A stretch of 64,000 nt of DNA from Flaccisagitta enflata (GCA_965153355.1 OZ231126.1:48050001-48114000); one strand, 5' to 3'. Numbered from the stretch's first letter, positions 27,191-41,917 are shown. Numbers and translations are program-made. Notes: generated from the letters alone by a model not told the origin.

Positions 27191-29080
27191 TCATTGTTCA
27201 GATCTAAACAAAGATACTACATACAATACAGGGTGTTCAATCTCAAAGTTACAAGAGTGTCTTTTCTTGTAGCCAAATTGTAAGGAATCAGTTGAAAGCA
27301 ATTGTCCAATCTTGGCAAAAATAGCATGTTCAAACAAATTCGAGAAAATAACACCATGAGTCAAACCACAATAATTGTTTGTATCAGTATAGTCACCTTC
27401 CGTATCTTTAATCAAAGGAGTAATCACGCCAATTAAAAATTCACAGGGAACATATGAATGCTGTATCATAGCGTTAAATAACAAATGCAAATGAATTGCT
27501 AGCTTGGGTGAACCTAGCAATATGTGCTCAGCTTTTAAAAAAGTAGCAGTAGCTTTTCCAGTTTTCAGATTCGAGAGAACATTCACCATTTTGTACCACT
27601 TCAAATAATGAGGTAAAAGAGAATCAGTATTATGCGTATCAAAATAGTCAGAATATTTACCATCAAATTCATTTTTTAATTTCCAAGACTGATATTCATC
27701 ATTCGAATCATATATGCTTTCAAACGAGTCTGCAAAACAATTAGCAATACTCTCATTACTACGTAAACCATTGATGTAAACATCACCGCGTTTACTATTG
27801 CTATTGTAATATTTATATGAACGCCAAAATTTATTATTGTCACCATTGGCTAAATCAGTATTCAAGGCATCTACATGATCTTGATTGCGATTTAATTTAC
27901 AGTTACGTAAATACAATTTGTACTTATAATGAGAATTTTTTTTTGCTTCAAATATCGGGCCAGATTTAGGACAACCATAAAGTTTCCAAAAGTCGTGTGA
28001 AACAATAGAATCATTTTTTAGTTCAGATAAAGTTTGATCCCAATAACATTTCCGTACTGTAGGAGTGAAACAAGGTAATTGATGATCTGCAGTTTTGATA
28101 CAATTAATGATTTCATTGTAATATCTTTCAACATCACCAATATGATTTGTATCACTACATAAATGAGAACCGTGAAGTATATCTGGTACAACAACATTTT
28201 TTAAGCATTGTTCCATAGTTTTTACGTAATTTAAACGAATATCTCCTTCTACCTTCTTCCAATCAACAATAGAGGGTAATGGATTAGATGCATACGTGAA
28301 TGATTCAATATCAAATGTAAAGGAAACAGATATGGGCAAGTGGTCAGACAAGTTCAACGAGTGATTCATTATTTCTACATTTTCAATGTATGGAAATAAG
28401 TCACAGCTTACAAAGACATAGTCTAATAAAGAAAAAGATTTTCTTACTAAGTCGCATCGTGAGTAAGCAGAATTACTATCAAAAGAATTATTGAAATCGT
28501 AGGTGCACATCAAATTTTTGTCAGACAAAAAACTATTCAATGCAGTTGAGAAACGGTTGTTACTAAGATATATATTGCAATTCATATCTCCTAGTAGGAT
28601 GATCTTTGAACCAGGATTATCTTGAATAACAGAATCAATAAAACTTAATACGTCAATAAAAGTATCAGTTTGTGAATCAATATTGTTTATATCGTAAAAG
28701 GGCATATAACAGTTAAGAAGCAAGAGTGAACCAATGTTTGAATTAATTTCCAAAACAGTCACGCGATCATGTATATACTCACAATGTGTTTTAATAGAGT
28801 TCGATAGACACTTATTCCATACATATCCAGTCCCGCCAAAAAGACGACCAGTCAATATTTTGCTCTGCATCTTTTTTTTCATTGCACTAGTACCCCAGCC
28901 GTCGAGGTCCTTGTGAAAAGACATCAATCTATTGACACCTGCATGTTGTTTTAGAGGAGGTCGTAGCCAATGTTCCTGTAATCCGTAGATGCAGGGTGAT
29001 GACGATAGACAAAGGTCGCGCACAAAACCTTCATTCCTGTCGAATCCATTGACGTTGTGAGTGACGATCTTTACAGGCAT
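27191..29080 (-). mobile_element. LINE ORF2 with APE endonuclease, 3'-truncated before the RT core
   Basis: 629-aa ORF with THNVNG, GLQEHW, LGDMN, LDYVF and SDHLP motifs; ends shortly after QFGY at the start of RT. Confidence 0.85.
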
Positions 29081-29082
29081 GA

Positions 29083-29724
29083 TTAAACCGCGATGGTTTG
29101 CTCATGCCCCGCAGCTGGTGAACGAGGACGCCAGAAGCAACGATAAAGAACGCCCTCTGGCAGCTTTTCGAAATCTGTCTGCTTGACAACCAGTTTGAAA
29201 GATTTGAAACGCTGATGACGAGTTTCGTTTTCCTCGATGCTGATGACGTCATATCCCTTTGAGGTCAAATCCGATTTGATTGTTTTGGCGTCGACGGAGA
29301 AAGCTACTCGACCTATGTAACTCTCTACCGTGAGATCGGCGCCACTCCACAACATGACGCCGCTGCTTGGTTTTTTCCAGATCACCATGTTTCTGTTTTT
29401 TTGAAAGTTGTTCATGACGCGATTTTCCGCAGATCTGATTGGCTGAAGGTCGCGTGACTTTCCACGTACCACGATGGAATTCGATGGCTGTTCATTCTCC
29501 GTGTTAGACGACGCTGTCGCAGATGCCCAACTTTGATGTGGATGAGATGCTGAGAACAACGCCGTCAACGATGGAGGCGCCGATCCTGGCGCCGGCAGCG
29601 ATGGCGACGGTGGCGGAAATGACGACGCCGAGTCCTCTGCTGAAGACAATGAGCCAGAAGCCGTCGACGACAACGGCGGCGGCGGCGGCGGCAATGAAAT
29701 TCTTACACAAAAAATGTCAACCAT
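29083..29724 (-). CDS. LINE ORF1 C-terminal fragment
   Basis: Abuts ORF2 with a 2-nt gap; YIGRV..FKSFKL..LPEGVLYR motifs resemble ORF1 of CR1/L2-group LINEs. Confidence 0.6.
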   Translation of the reverse strand: MVDIFCVRISLPPPPPPLSSTASGSLSSAEDSASSFPPPSPSLPAPGSAPPSLTALFSASHPHQSWASATASSNTENEQPSNSIVVRGKSRDLQPIRSAENRVMNNFQKNRNMVIWKKPSSGVMLWSGADLTVESYIGRVAFSVDAKTIKSDLTSKGYDVISIEENETRHQRFKSFKLVVKQTDFEKLPEGVLYRCFWRPRSPAAGHEQTIAV

Positions 29725-29805
29725 ATTACTACAAGAGAAAAATGATTTGAAATCACTGACTGGTTGCGTTTAAAAATGAAAGCTTTTTACTTTTCTGACT
29801 TTGAG

Positions 29806-29847
<42 letters not shown>

Positions 29848-30846
29848 CTGTTATTGTTACTGTTATTGTTATTGTATTATTGTGTTATTGTTATTGTATG
29901 CAGTATCTTTGTTTAGATCATTTATGGGTTTCACCTGAATGAAGGGCTCTCTATGAAGCTCAAAATTTGTATTTTCAATTAACACAAATGTGTGTGACTT
30001 CCATGACAAAAGTTCGTTTTTAATAGATTAGCCTATACACTTTGAATCTGAACGTATCAAACACGAAAACCTTATTTATTGGCATTACTGGATGCATTGG
30101 TGTTAATTCATATTTTTGCTCAAGCCAGGACCCAGTATGTTAGTCAGATATTAAGTTGTAAGCAGACAATGAAACTTACCCCCCCCCCATCTTTTTCAGC
30201 TATTCTTGTCCGCTATCTATCTACCGCTATCTATCATTCCGACGCGGACTATAATTCAAGGCGGGTGGGTGTCGTCGTCGTTGTTGTTATTGTTGTTGTC
30301 GTTGTTGTCGTCGTTAGGGATTTTAAAAAATGGATAACTTTTTCAGGCCTGTTTGTTTTTGAGTCCCCCCCCCCCTGGTGGGGGGGGGGAAATCAAAGGG
30401 TCTGGAGATGGGGATGAAAATTAAAGGAGGAAAAAAGGAAAAAAAGGAATTTTGGAGAAAATATAACTTTTTACAGTACCAAATCATAAAACTCAATTAG
30501 TAAGACACAATTTAACACTATTTAAGCCTTAACTACATAGTTATATTGCTATAAGGGGAAGAAACATATGGATATAAAAATGCGACGCGACGTGTCGCGG
30601 GGAAGAAAATCAAACACGCTTTGTAATTAATGGGATCTACATCTAGGAAGAGATCATCGTCCAAATCTTTGTCATTCCAACCCCAAATTGTGTGGTGCAT
30701 GCCGGAAAACCGGCGTAAAAAAAATTCAGCTCTAACTTTTTCGTCAGTTTGCCATTATTGTCACCCGTCTTGATGGTGGCAACTGATAAAAAAGTTAAGA
30801 ATATTTAAAACAGTTTTTGTAAGCAAATCTACACAGAACCCTACAA

Positions 30847-33800
30847 TAGACGTCGGGAAAATATCAGTAAATAGTAAAAACAACTCAACCACCGGCTTAA
30901 ATGATGACCAGATGTGTTGTAATGATATAACAATCATAAAAAGTCCTTAACTTTTAGTATCCTATCAACGGAAAAAATAATGCGTCAAGGACTACAAACC
31001 AGAGCAAATTGATAAACCTTTTTGATAAACTTTTGGACAAATTCTTTTGTAACGCGGCAATATCATTTGTGTCTTTGGCAAAAATCTGAATTCTAAAGGG
31101 AATCTGACATGATTTTCTACGTAGAATCCAAATCCAGTGTTATAAATGAGTTTGACTGAAGCTAGATGGCGGAAATTGACGCCTTTTATCGGCGCGCCAC
31201 TTCCGGTTATGATGAAATTGCTAATTTGGATATGATTCAGACCGAGCGCATGAGAGAAAGTGGTTATCTTAACGATTTCAGGTGGGACAAATCCAAAGTC
31301 ACTCAGTAAGCCAGCATTTTAGTTGCGGACACGCAAATCTATGAGGCTTTGTCCGTCTGTCCGTCGGTCCTTCGGTCTGTTGGTCCATGGTGGTCAAGTT
31401 GGAAAGTGTAAAAACACGCATTTCCACCCCTGCCCACCCGTCCGCAGCTGGTATTGGCCGAGTATCCACCCTTGTTTGGATAAATTCTACCCATGCGACG
31501 CCACTTCTTTTTGAAAAAAAAATTGCCATGAAAATCTACAAAAATGTAAACTGAAAGATATATGGTGCATCAACAGGTTGCGGGGGTCACGATACCGATT
31601 GACCGACAAGGCCTCTCAAAGTCTCGAGAGTATGTACCATAACAAGTAACGCCTCACTTTCAGTTTCCGTTTTAAAGAAAAAAAAAGAAGAAATGAATTG
31701 TCATGTTTTTCTTTTTAAATTTCATCAATGTTTCATCAGTTCTTCAGAATTTCATCAGTATTTCATTATATGTGAATGAATTTAAATTCCAAAATGCATT
31801 TAAATGTTAGCTTAGAATACGAAACATAAAACAATTAAAACAGCGCTCACTCCGTATCTTTTTGACCAACGCATTGATAAGTCCTTTTGGGCAGCGGCCC
31901 CGAAGGCGCTATCACACATATGGGGAATTTTCTCCTTCTTCTTCTTCCCCTTCATCCCTCCCCAACTTGAATCCTAGCCGCAAGGCTTAGATCTCAGCCA
32001 CAAGACTTAAATCTCAGCCTCAAGGCCCAAATCTCACTCTTGAGGCCCAAATCTCAGCCTTGAGGACCAAATCTCAGTCTCAAGGCCCAAATCCTAGCCC
32101 CGAGGCCCAAATTCCAGCCATGAGCTCAAATCCCATCCTCAAGGCCAAAAATTCCAGCCTCGAGGCCCATATTTCAGCCTCGAGGCCCAAATCCCAGCCT
32201 CAAGGCCAAAATCCAGCCTTGAGGCCAAAATCCAGCCTTGAGCCGCAAATCCCGATAGGCAGTAAGAGGAGAAGGAGGAAATTCCCCATATGTGTGGAAG
32301 CATAGGTCATTGACCCCCTTGGGGCCGCTACCCTGCTCCCTCCTTCAACTTTAAGCACAACCTACAGAGGCAGGGCACGAGTAGGACTGACCATCTAATG
32401 CTTATGGGACTATTTGGTCTTGCGTGCATGGGTTGGAACCTTACAATGGCGGCTTCAACAGCAGCGAGTGTTGCTTGAAAGTGGTCTTCGCTTTCCATAG
32501 TTGCGATAGAGAAACTTGCGCCAGATCATATGCTCTGTTGCGACATTGTCTACTGGAAGATGATGGGCAAATTTGTGTAGCTTTTGGTAATCGGGGGTTC
32601 TTTGGCCAGGTTTCAATTAATTTGTCAAGCCAACTGTAGCCGACTGATGAAGGGATTGTTCTCCAATTTGTGATACAAGCGTGGAGTTGGGTTCCAGATT
32701 ATAAACTAGGAACTAGGAATCTGTCTTTGCATCCTTTGCAGTATTTGTGAGTTTGGGATGGACAGAGCCACTTTTTGGGCAGGGGCCCCCAAAGGGCCAA
32801 TGTCCTGTAGAACACAGGGGGGAATTTCTAGACCTCCGTCTTTCTGTCTGTCTGTCCGTCCTTCAACTCACCCCCCCCCGTTGGCTATCAAGGCCTCAAA
32901 TTTGCCCCCCCAGCCCTCTATTTAGCCCTCCAGGCCTCATATCAGCCTGCCAGGCTTCAAATCAGCCCCCCCCCCACCTAAATCTCACCTCCAGACCTCA
33001 AATCTGCCCTCCAGACCTTCAATTAGCCTTCCAAGCATCAAATCAGCCCTCCGTGGCTCAAATTTGCATTTCAAACCTCAAACCTGCTCTCCAACCCTTA
33101 ATTCTGCCCTCCAGCTTTTAAACATCCCTTCAGTGGCCTAAATCAGTCATCTAAGGCCTAAAATATGTCCCCTCAGGACGCCTGGAAATTCCTCCCCGTG
33201 TTCTACAGGACATTGGCCCTGCTCTCCCTCCACTTCTTCACGTGATCACTCCAAGCAGGGCATTGAATTCCGCTGACCATGTGCGAACTTTGGATGACTA
33301 GTTGTTTGAAGCGATGCTGAAAGCAATTTGAGTTGCAACAAACGGAGAAGCGAGATGACTAAAAAAATCATGATTCACAGCATTTGAAGTCAAACCAAAG
33401 GTGGCAAACTGCTCGGGAGCAACCTTAAACCAGTCGCCCATGGGCAATATGTGGTCAGCGATACCCATTGCCCTGCTCTGCTTGATTGTGAATTGCAGTG
33501 AGGGGAAGCAGGGCAGCGGCCCCAAAGGGGTTGAAGTCCTGTAGAACACAGGGGAACTTCTGTTTGTCCTTTAAAAAAAGTTGATGAGATGCTATAGAGG
33601 GCCTTGAAGGCTTATTCAAGGCCTGAGAAAGATAGCTAGGCTGATATGAAGCCTATGCATTGGAGCATTTATTTGATGCCTGAATGGGCTGAATTGAGGT
33701 CTAAGAGGGCTGATGTAAAGCCTGAGAAAGCCAATTGGAGTCTTGAGAGGGCTAATTTGCAGCTTGAGAAAGCTGAATTAGGGCTTTAAGACTGGGCGCC

Positions 33801-35430
33801 GATTTGAGGCTTAGATGGCTGATTTGAGGCCTGAAGGGCCGGATTTAGACCTAAGAGGTTGGATTTGAGGACTGAGAGGCTGGATTTGAGGACTGAGAGA
33901 CTGGATTCGAGGCCTGATGCCAGATTTGAGGTCTGAGAGGCCAGATTTGAGGCCTGAGAGGCCTGATGGAGTGTGGGAGGAACAGACAGTGGACGAACGA
34001 AAGTCCCCCTGTGTTCTACGGGACTTCGTCCCCTTCAGGACCGCTGCCCAAAACTTGAGAACTGCTTAATTCCACAGACCGGATACACGGCTGCCCCAGT
34101 TGCTTAAGAGTGGGCAGGGGCACTGATAGAAAAAATCACAAGGCACAGTGAAGCCAATTTAAGTCAAACCGCGAACGGGGCAGTTGTTGGCAAAATTGTC
34201 TGTTAAATCCACAAATTGCTGTCAGGTGTCTAATATTCTTGTGTAGCAAACCCCAACAAGAGAGCATCTTTGAGCCTCAGAAAAAAATTCCTCTCCAACT
34301 TAGTCTCTCTTCTCCTTTTCCCTCGGATATCATGGGAAGATCCTCCTATCATTGGCCCTGGTTAAGTATCCAATTCAATGGCCTAATTGAGCATCTGTTC
34401 CCATCCTCTCATTGGCTGATTGCAAAAGCTGAATTAGTCATGAATCTTACTCTTTGCTCCCGATTTTTGCCTTGGGTCACCAATGAATAAAAAATTGTCA
34501 TGATGCAATGAGTTTTCCATGTGCATTTTCTCCTGAATTAGCAAAAACTGCATCTTGAAATTGCACATCAAAGTTTGTAATTGCCATACCTATTGGCCGA
34601 TCAAAGTCTTTCCATGGCAAAGGGCGGCAATGAAAATTTTTTTCTCCTCAATTGAAGTCAATGGAAGAATTCAACTTTAAATAACTATAACTTTGATATA
34701 CATTGAAATGATACCACGCAATTTGGTAACAGCATCCCTTTTGACCATGTCTCTGATGGGAACTAAAAAAGTGATAATATTTTTTTTCTCCCTTTTTTTC
34801 GCGGTTTGACTTAGATTGGCTTCACTGTGCAAGGGCATTTTGGCAGAAACAGTGAGCTCAAAAAAGCTCAGAAACGTAGAAAGGGGACCAACTGTTCAAC
34901 CAACCAACCAACCAACCAACGGACAGATGGACAAACTGACAGATGGACAAACTGACAGATGGACAAAATGGCGTGTAGAGATGTGTAGCACGCAACTAAA
35001 AATACCTTCTGAGCTAGGTTGAAGCATGTGCTCCTAAAGAACTAGGCTTAAAAAAATTTTTTTTGCTTACCGGAAGTGACGCGCCACATTTTGATGTTAT
35101 TTTTTGGCCATTTACCGAGGCCAAAAAGTTTTTTTTGCGCAAAATTTGGATTCTACGTTGAATTCTACATCACAAAGGGTTGTTTGCTAAGATTTTCTCG
35201 AAAAGAGAAGAAGCTTATTAATGTATAAAAGAAGATTTTAATAAAAATCTTGAAAACAATTTGGTCAATATTTACTGGTTTGTAGTCCTTGACGCATTAT
35301 TTTTTCCGTTGATAGGATACTAGAAGTTAAGGACTTTTTATGAATGTTATATCATTACAACACATCTGGTCATCATTTAAGCCGGTGCTTGAGGTGTTTT
35401 TACCATTTTCTGATATTTTCCTGACGTCTA
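30847..35430. mobile_element. Non-autonomous hAT-like DNA transposon with long TIRs and 8-bp TSD
   Basis: Ends TAGACGTC and GACGTCTA. More than 160 bp of near-perfect inverted repeat, weaker similarity to ~370 bp. ccctacaa is duplicated at 30839-30846 and 35431-35438. No transposase seen. Confidence 0.85.
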
Positions 35431-35664
35431 CCCTACAACAGAGTAAGCCCCTAGAGGCAAATATGCCAAATCCACCCCTTTTTAGTTGGACTAGCGACTT
35501 TATATAAGAGGCGTTGTCTGTCTCTCTGTGGGTCCATCCATGGGTTAGTCAGTGAGACCCTGATGATCGTGTAAAAAAGTACAGAAATGCACATATCTGC
35601 CACTTCTATATGTGTGGGCATGCGCGCTTGCGTGTGTCTGTGTTTGTTTGTGTGTGTGTGTATA

Positions 35665-35726
<62 letters not shown>

Positions 35727-38074
35727 TTTGTTTGTCTCTGTGTGTGTCAGTGTGTCTCTGTGTGTGTCTGGAGGGGAAGTTTAAGGGGTTGTAAGCCCCT
35801 AACTCTTTGTGAAGGTTTCCTCTAATAAACAAGGCTGGCTACACTTGCGGATGGGCAGGGGCCATGGATGGGATCACTAGAGCATTTGGGCAGGAGCAGT
35901 GAAGAAAACAACCACAAAAGTTTGAAAGAAGAATGTGACGGACCAGCAGTTGAAGAAAGCGAGGTGTAGAGTCGTGTAGAAAACGACTAAAAATTGTCAT
36001 GCTGGTGCAATCTAATTCTATGCACAATGAATGTCGTCAACTTGGAAATATAAGGGAATTCTTATCAGGATTTTAAATGAACCTGAGGGACTGATATTTG
36101 GAATATGAACTAAATGATGCCCATGATGGTTGGTTGCCATGGAAACACATTTTCATGTATTCCCACTAAAATATCGGTATTCAGGAACATTTCTCAAAAT
36201 TGGCACCTTTCCCACAACATGTTCAGTAAGAGCCGTTAAGCATCATATAGTCGTTACTAACTAAAGCAAAAAAAAAAAAAGCATAAAAAAAAATGAGACA
36301 GCTTATTTGGCTGATTTTACCTGAACTGAAGATGTAAACCGTAAAAAATCCATGACCGTTTTAAAGCTCTTTGAAAGATCTTTCTAATGCGACATTGCTG
36401 GTCCTACTAGCTTTATTCGTTTAGGATTGCAATGGTACAAGAATGATTAAAAACATATTCAGGTTTGCAATTCAATTGAATTAAAAGGGTTTTAAAAAGA
36501 AATAGTTCACTTTGACGAGCTCTAACTTTTAAACGGTTTGGGTTACTGCCCTGGGATTGGTCTTGAATAAAAGTAGATTTGAAAACCTTTGAAATGACTT
36601 TTTTTTTCTATGTCTTTCATGAACTAATAAAAAGGTACAGCTTTTGGGCAGCGGCCTCAAAGGGATCGATGACTAATGCTTTCACGCATATTGGGAATAC
36701 TCTCCTTCTCCTCCTTCTCCTTCTCCTCTTTCTCCTTTTTGGGCAACGGCCCTGAAGGGGTTTAAGACCTATGCTTTCACGTATGCAGAAAATTCTCCTC
36801 CTCCTTCTTGAATGTAACCCTCCTCCCACAAGGCCCAAATCCCAGTGGCCAGGCCCAAATCTTAACCTCAAGGCCCAAATCATAGCCATGAGGCCCAAAT
36901 CCCAGTCTTGAGGCCCAAATCCCAACCTTGAGGTCCAAATCCCAGCCTTAAGGCCCCAATCTTTGGCTCAACGCCCAAATCCCAGCCTTGAGGTCCAAAT
37001 CCAAGCATCAAGGCCCAAAATCCTAGCCCAAATCCCAGCCTTGAGGGATTTGGGCCTCAAGGCTAGGATTTGGGTCTTGTGGTTCAGATTTGGGCCTTGT
37101 AAGGGGGGGTGAGGGGTATAAAGGAGAGAGAAGAGAAGGTGGAGAAATTTCTGCATATGTGAAAGCATAGGTCATCAACCCCCGGGGGCCTCTACCCTGC
37201 CCCCTAATTCAAACTTAATCGCAAACTACTCCAGCAGGGCACAGGTACCGCTAACCACCAATTGGTTTTGCGGCTATTTCAACGTGGCTTTTACAGTCTT
37301 GACCATTTACTCTTTATCCTTATTTCATTTTGAGTCGCGCGCCACGCGACTCTACACCCCGCTTCGTCAGTCCATCAGTCTGCCAATCCGTCGATCACAC
37401 TTTACTTTTTGGGCAGCGGCCCCAAAGGAGATGAAGTCCTGTAGAACACAGGGGGACTTTAGTTTGTCCGTCCGTTCGTTTGTTCGTCCCCCCCCATCAG
37501 CCCCCTCAGGCCCCAAATCCAGTCTCTCAGGTCCCAAATCTGGCCTCCCAGGCCTCAAATCCGGCCTTTCAGGCCTGAAATCCGGCCTCTCAGGCCTCAA
37601 ATCTGGCCTGTCAGGTGTCAAATGTGGCCTCTCAGGCCTTCAATCCAGCCTCTCAGGCCTTCAATCCGGCCCCTCTGACCTCAAATCTGGCCCCTCAGGC
37701 CTCAACTCCAGCCCATCAGGCCTCAAATTTTGTCTCTCAGGTCTCAAATCTGTTTTGACAGGTCCCAAATCCGCCCTATAAGGCCTTAAACCTGGCCTCT
37801 CAGGCCTCAAATAAGCCCTCTCAGCTCTCAAATTAGGCCTCACAGGCCTGAAAGTAGCGCTGTCAGGCTTCAAATCAGATCTGATGGCCATCTAAGCCTT
37901 CAGACTCTTAAAGGCCTTCAATCAGTACACTATAGCATCTCATCAATCTTGTCAGGCAGGACAAATGAAAGTCCCCCTGTGTTACAGGACTTCGTTCAGG
38001 GCCTGCCCTACCCCTCCAAATTAGCAATCATGCCTGACCAGCACTGCTATTGCCCTTAGCCCCTGTTTCTGTTT

Positions 38075-38640
38075 TTGAGGAAGCGGCCTGAAGGGGACAA
38101 AGTCCTGTAGAACACTGGGGGACTTTTGTTCGTCATTCCGTCCGTCCGTTTGTCCGTGCGTCCCCCCAGGCCTTCTCAGGCCTGAAATCTGCCCTCTCAG
38201 GCCTGAAGTTTACCCTCTCAGGCCTGAAATCTGCCTTCTTAGGCCTTGAATCTGCCCTCTCAGGCCTGAAATCTGCCCTCTCAGGCCTGAAATTTACCCT
38301 CTCAGGCCTAAAATCTGCCCTCTCAGGCCTTGAATTTGCCCTCTTAGGCCTGAAATCTGCCCTCTCAGGCCTGAAATCTGTCCTCTCAGGTCTGAAATCT
38401 GGCCTCACAGATTCAAGGCCTGAGAGGGCAGATTTCAGGCCTGAGTGGGCAGATTTTGGGCCTGAGAGGGCCTGGGGGGAATGGACGGATGGATGGACGG
38501 AATGACGAACGAAAGTCCCCCTGTGTTCTACAGGACTTCAACCCCTTCGGGGCCGCTGCCCTGCTTTCTCTCACTCCATTACACAATCACGCAAAGCAGG
38601 GCAACGGGTATCGCTGACCACATATTGCCCTTGGGCGACC
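38075..38640 (+). repeat. Foldback repeat family with internal 21-bp minisatellite (representative copy)
   Basis: Ends aagtcctgtagaacac.ggggga and tccccctgtgttctacaggact flank (aggcctgaaatctgccctctc)n arms. Relatives at ~31885, 32773, 33427, 36640, 37407 and 63040. Confidence 0.8.
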
Positions 38641-41600
38641 TGCTGAGGTCTTTGGCCTCGCTCCTACTTGATGCTCCTTCAAGTGACCTAAATTATGGCC
38701 CCTGCCCACCTGCATGTGTCCGGGGTAGCTGTGTATCCGTCCTTGTTAAACGGATCAAGGTATGACAACCAGCATGTTGCCATTTCGAAGATCTTTTGAT
38801 CTTTCATTCCGTTACACTTAACTTTTTTGGCGTTTATGAGGTTTTTGGCCTTACTGCTCCTGCCCAAGTGCTTCACTGACCACAAATGTTGCCATTGTCC
38901 ACCCACACGCGACTGGGGTAGCCATACATCTGGCCTTGTTTATAACACTGCCATTTAACATCAGTTTTTTAGATGCGTCCTCGCATCTCTATAAGAGGGC
39001 CTGTCCGTCCGTCCGTCCGTTGGTCCGTCGGTCCGTCGGTCCGTTACGCCTCTTTAAATATCGCGTTTTTCAGCTGTTTTTGGCCACCGCGAGATTGTAT
39101 ACTGAATTAAACGATCGATACACGTGTTTTGAGAGACTTCTTTGACTCTTATGTCAGATATTCCAGCAGTTAATCTATCTGTTAAGTCTGTTCATCCATC
39201 TGTCTAACACAATCAGCGCGAATTTTGCTCCATGTAAGGACACAGTCAGGACGCATCGTTGCCCGGTCGGGCTTGTTTATTTCAGGCCTGTATATTATTG
39301 AGGTCTAGAGATGGGGAAGGAAATCAAAGAGGGAAAAAAGAGAAAAAAAGGAAATTTGGGGAAAATATAACTTTGGACAGTACTAAATCATGAAATACAA
39401 TTAGTAAAACACAATTCAACACTATTTTAACCTTAACTACATTGTTTTATTGCTATATGGGGAAGAAAATCAGAGATATAAAAACACGACGCGAAGCGTC
39501 GCGGGGAAGAAAATCAAAGGCAGGGAGGGAAAAAAATCAAAAGCGACTCAATAATATACACCCCTGTTTTATTCGCTCTCCGAATATCAAAAGAGATAAT
39601 ATTCATATCATATTTCAATATTCCAATCACTATTAGATTAAATGATGTTATCAAAGTAGCTTGATGGAAATAAGTAGGCAAATAAGACAGCCAAACAAGA
39701 GCAAGCCAACCAGGCCCTGCAGCCTGCAGCCCTGAAGCTGGCAAGAATAGTGGGTTCAACAGCTAATTTGAGGGCCTTAGGCCTGCGGTCCCGCATTAAA
39801 ACAAGTGACGCAAGGCCTCAATGTTATTGCGGACGGGTGGGCAAGGGCATCCAACCCCCATCCACACCAAGTTCTGCACCCTCATACACAAAATGCATCT
39901 TAAACACTCGTTTTTGCACTCTTCGACTAGTGTTCATGGACTGACGGACTGACAGACAAAGCCTCTTATAGAGTTGCGTGTCCGCAACTAAAAAAACCTG
40001 CAAATGCACTTGCAAGTGCCAAAAACTGGATGACATAAACAAGCATATTTTCACATCCATGCAAATGCGGGTGTCTTTGGCCCACATATATACTGATATA
40101 CTGCCCCTGCCCCCCTGAATTACTGCCCCTGCCTTCCCAAAATACTGACCACCTGCAAATGACTACCTATTGTCCGTGTATACAGCCTTGTTTAAATTCA
40201 AACTGAATAAAATCACACAAAAACTAAAATCTGATAAGGTGCCTTCAAGAGCTTGAAAGAAGCAGTTGACGAGCTGTTCCAGCATGCCTTCTGGAAGGCA
40301 CTGTCTCCAGTCTGACCAATGTGTTCAAAAGCCATCTACATCGAAGTTGTTAACGGGTGGTCAAAAAAAAAGTGACTTTTTTATTTTCTCATATTTTTTG
40401 TAAAAAATGTTTAGAGTAAAATTTCTTCTTTTGCCAATAAGATATGGTGCAGGAGAATTTTTTTTTATCATTATGATTTTTAACGTAATTAATTCACCCC
40501 AATATATTTCGAGCATCACGCTCTTTTTCAAGGGCTTCTGTATATTTCAAATTATTCACAATAAACAGATTTTAATTTTGGACCGCCTTGATTTTTGCTA
40601 AGAATTTTCTGTAAAAAAATTTAAATTTTTTTATAGATTCATTATTTATAATTAAGGACAATTCAAAAACTGATAAAAAACCTTGGAAGAATTATAAAAA
40701 TACAAACATATAACAAAACAAAAGATACTTCTAAATAACATTCTTTTCTTTTCTACTCAAATATCTTAAACTAAAGCTTGGAGGCTTACAAATAATTGCA
40801 TTTATTTCAGATGGGACCAGTAGTGGCAGTACATACGCCGGAGGGGGGTTCAGCCTGGGTTCAGCCTGGGTTCAAAATCCAAATCCTAACCATGCACCTC
40901 GGTCTATTCTTCCTTCTCGTTTCATGTCATGATGAATGAAAACCATTTCGTTCGATTTTTATGTTTTACTTTTCACAAATAAATGTAATCGAAACGTTCG
41001 AGTCTTCTAATTTCTCTGAGTTTAAGTTTTCGTATTAGATATTCAGCTCTTCGTTTCAGTCGCAGACACGAAAGCTAACTAAAACAAGTTAGGGTACACG
41101 GCAATCCAGTTGCGGACGTTTGGGCAGGAGCAGTGATGCGAAAACCATTCAGAATTCAAAAATGTGACCGATCGACGGACTGACCAACGGACTGACCTAC
41201 CTACTTACCGACCGACTCTTCTCGACTAATAAAGCATCTTCATAATTAATTGTATCTGATTGTTGGTCGGTCTATTTGTTTGTAATGCTTTAGTTTAGTT
41301 AACTAGATTGATTACGATAGATTGCTAGAACATTTTTATTTGTCATTCTGATATAACGATTATTGTCGAAAGATAATTATTTGCAAGTTTCAATCATTAC
41401 GATGTCAATTGGCTAAGAGGAACGATACGATATCTAATGAATCAGTTTTCTTAAATCATGATTGTTTTTTTAAATAGAATCGATTAAGCTTTCTTCCTTC
41501 TTCGTTTTTTAGTTTTCCTTTTTCTTTTTCTTCCAGTTCCCGATCGTTTTGCAGCCTGATTGAAACAAAAACAAAGCCAGATACAAGATAATGCAGGTGC

Positions 41601-41917
41601 GGATGCGCAACTTTGTATTTAGTTTTGTTGGTCGGTCAGTAGGTTGTTCATTTGGTCGGTCGGTTGGTCTTGTTTTGACTTACTTTTGGTGCGGTTGATT
41701 TGTATGCACGTTTTCTCCGTCTTTTTTTGGTGACGCGGCCAGATTTTGTCCGTCCCATTTCTGTCATCAAAGTTCTTTTGAGAGTTGCCAATTCAAGACT
41801 CTTATTAGGTGAATTGTACATCTAATAACATTGGAGTTTATTTTATGTAATTGACATTGTTTAGAATAATGAAAAGCAAAAGAAAATGTATTGAAAAACA
41901 ATTAAATGAGGAAAATT

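Noticed and set aside
37284-38408. SGLKSGL and RPERADF heptad ORFs
   Set aside because: They are translations of the 21-bp minisatellite in foldback repeats.
40819-40880. AGTAGT as a possible Maverick terminus for copy B
   Set aside because: No inverted partner or 6-bp TSD was found, and the context looks more like a small DNA-transposon end.
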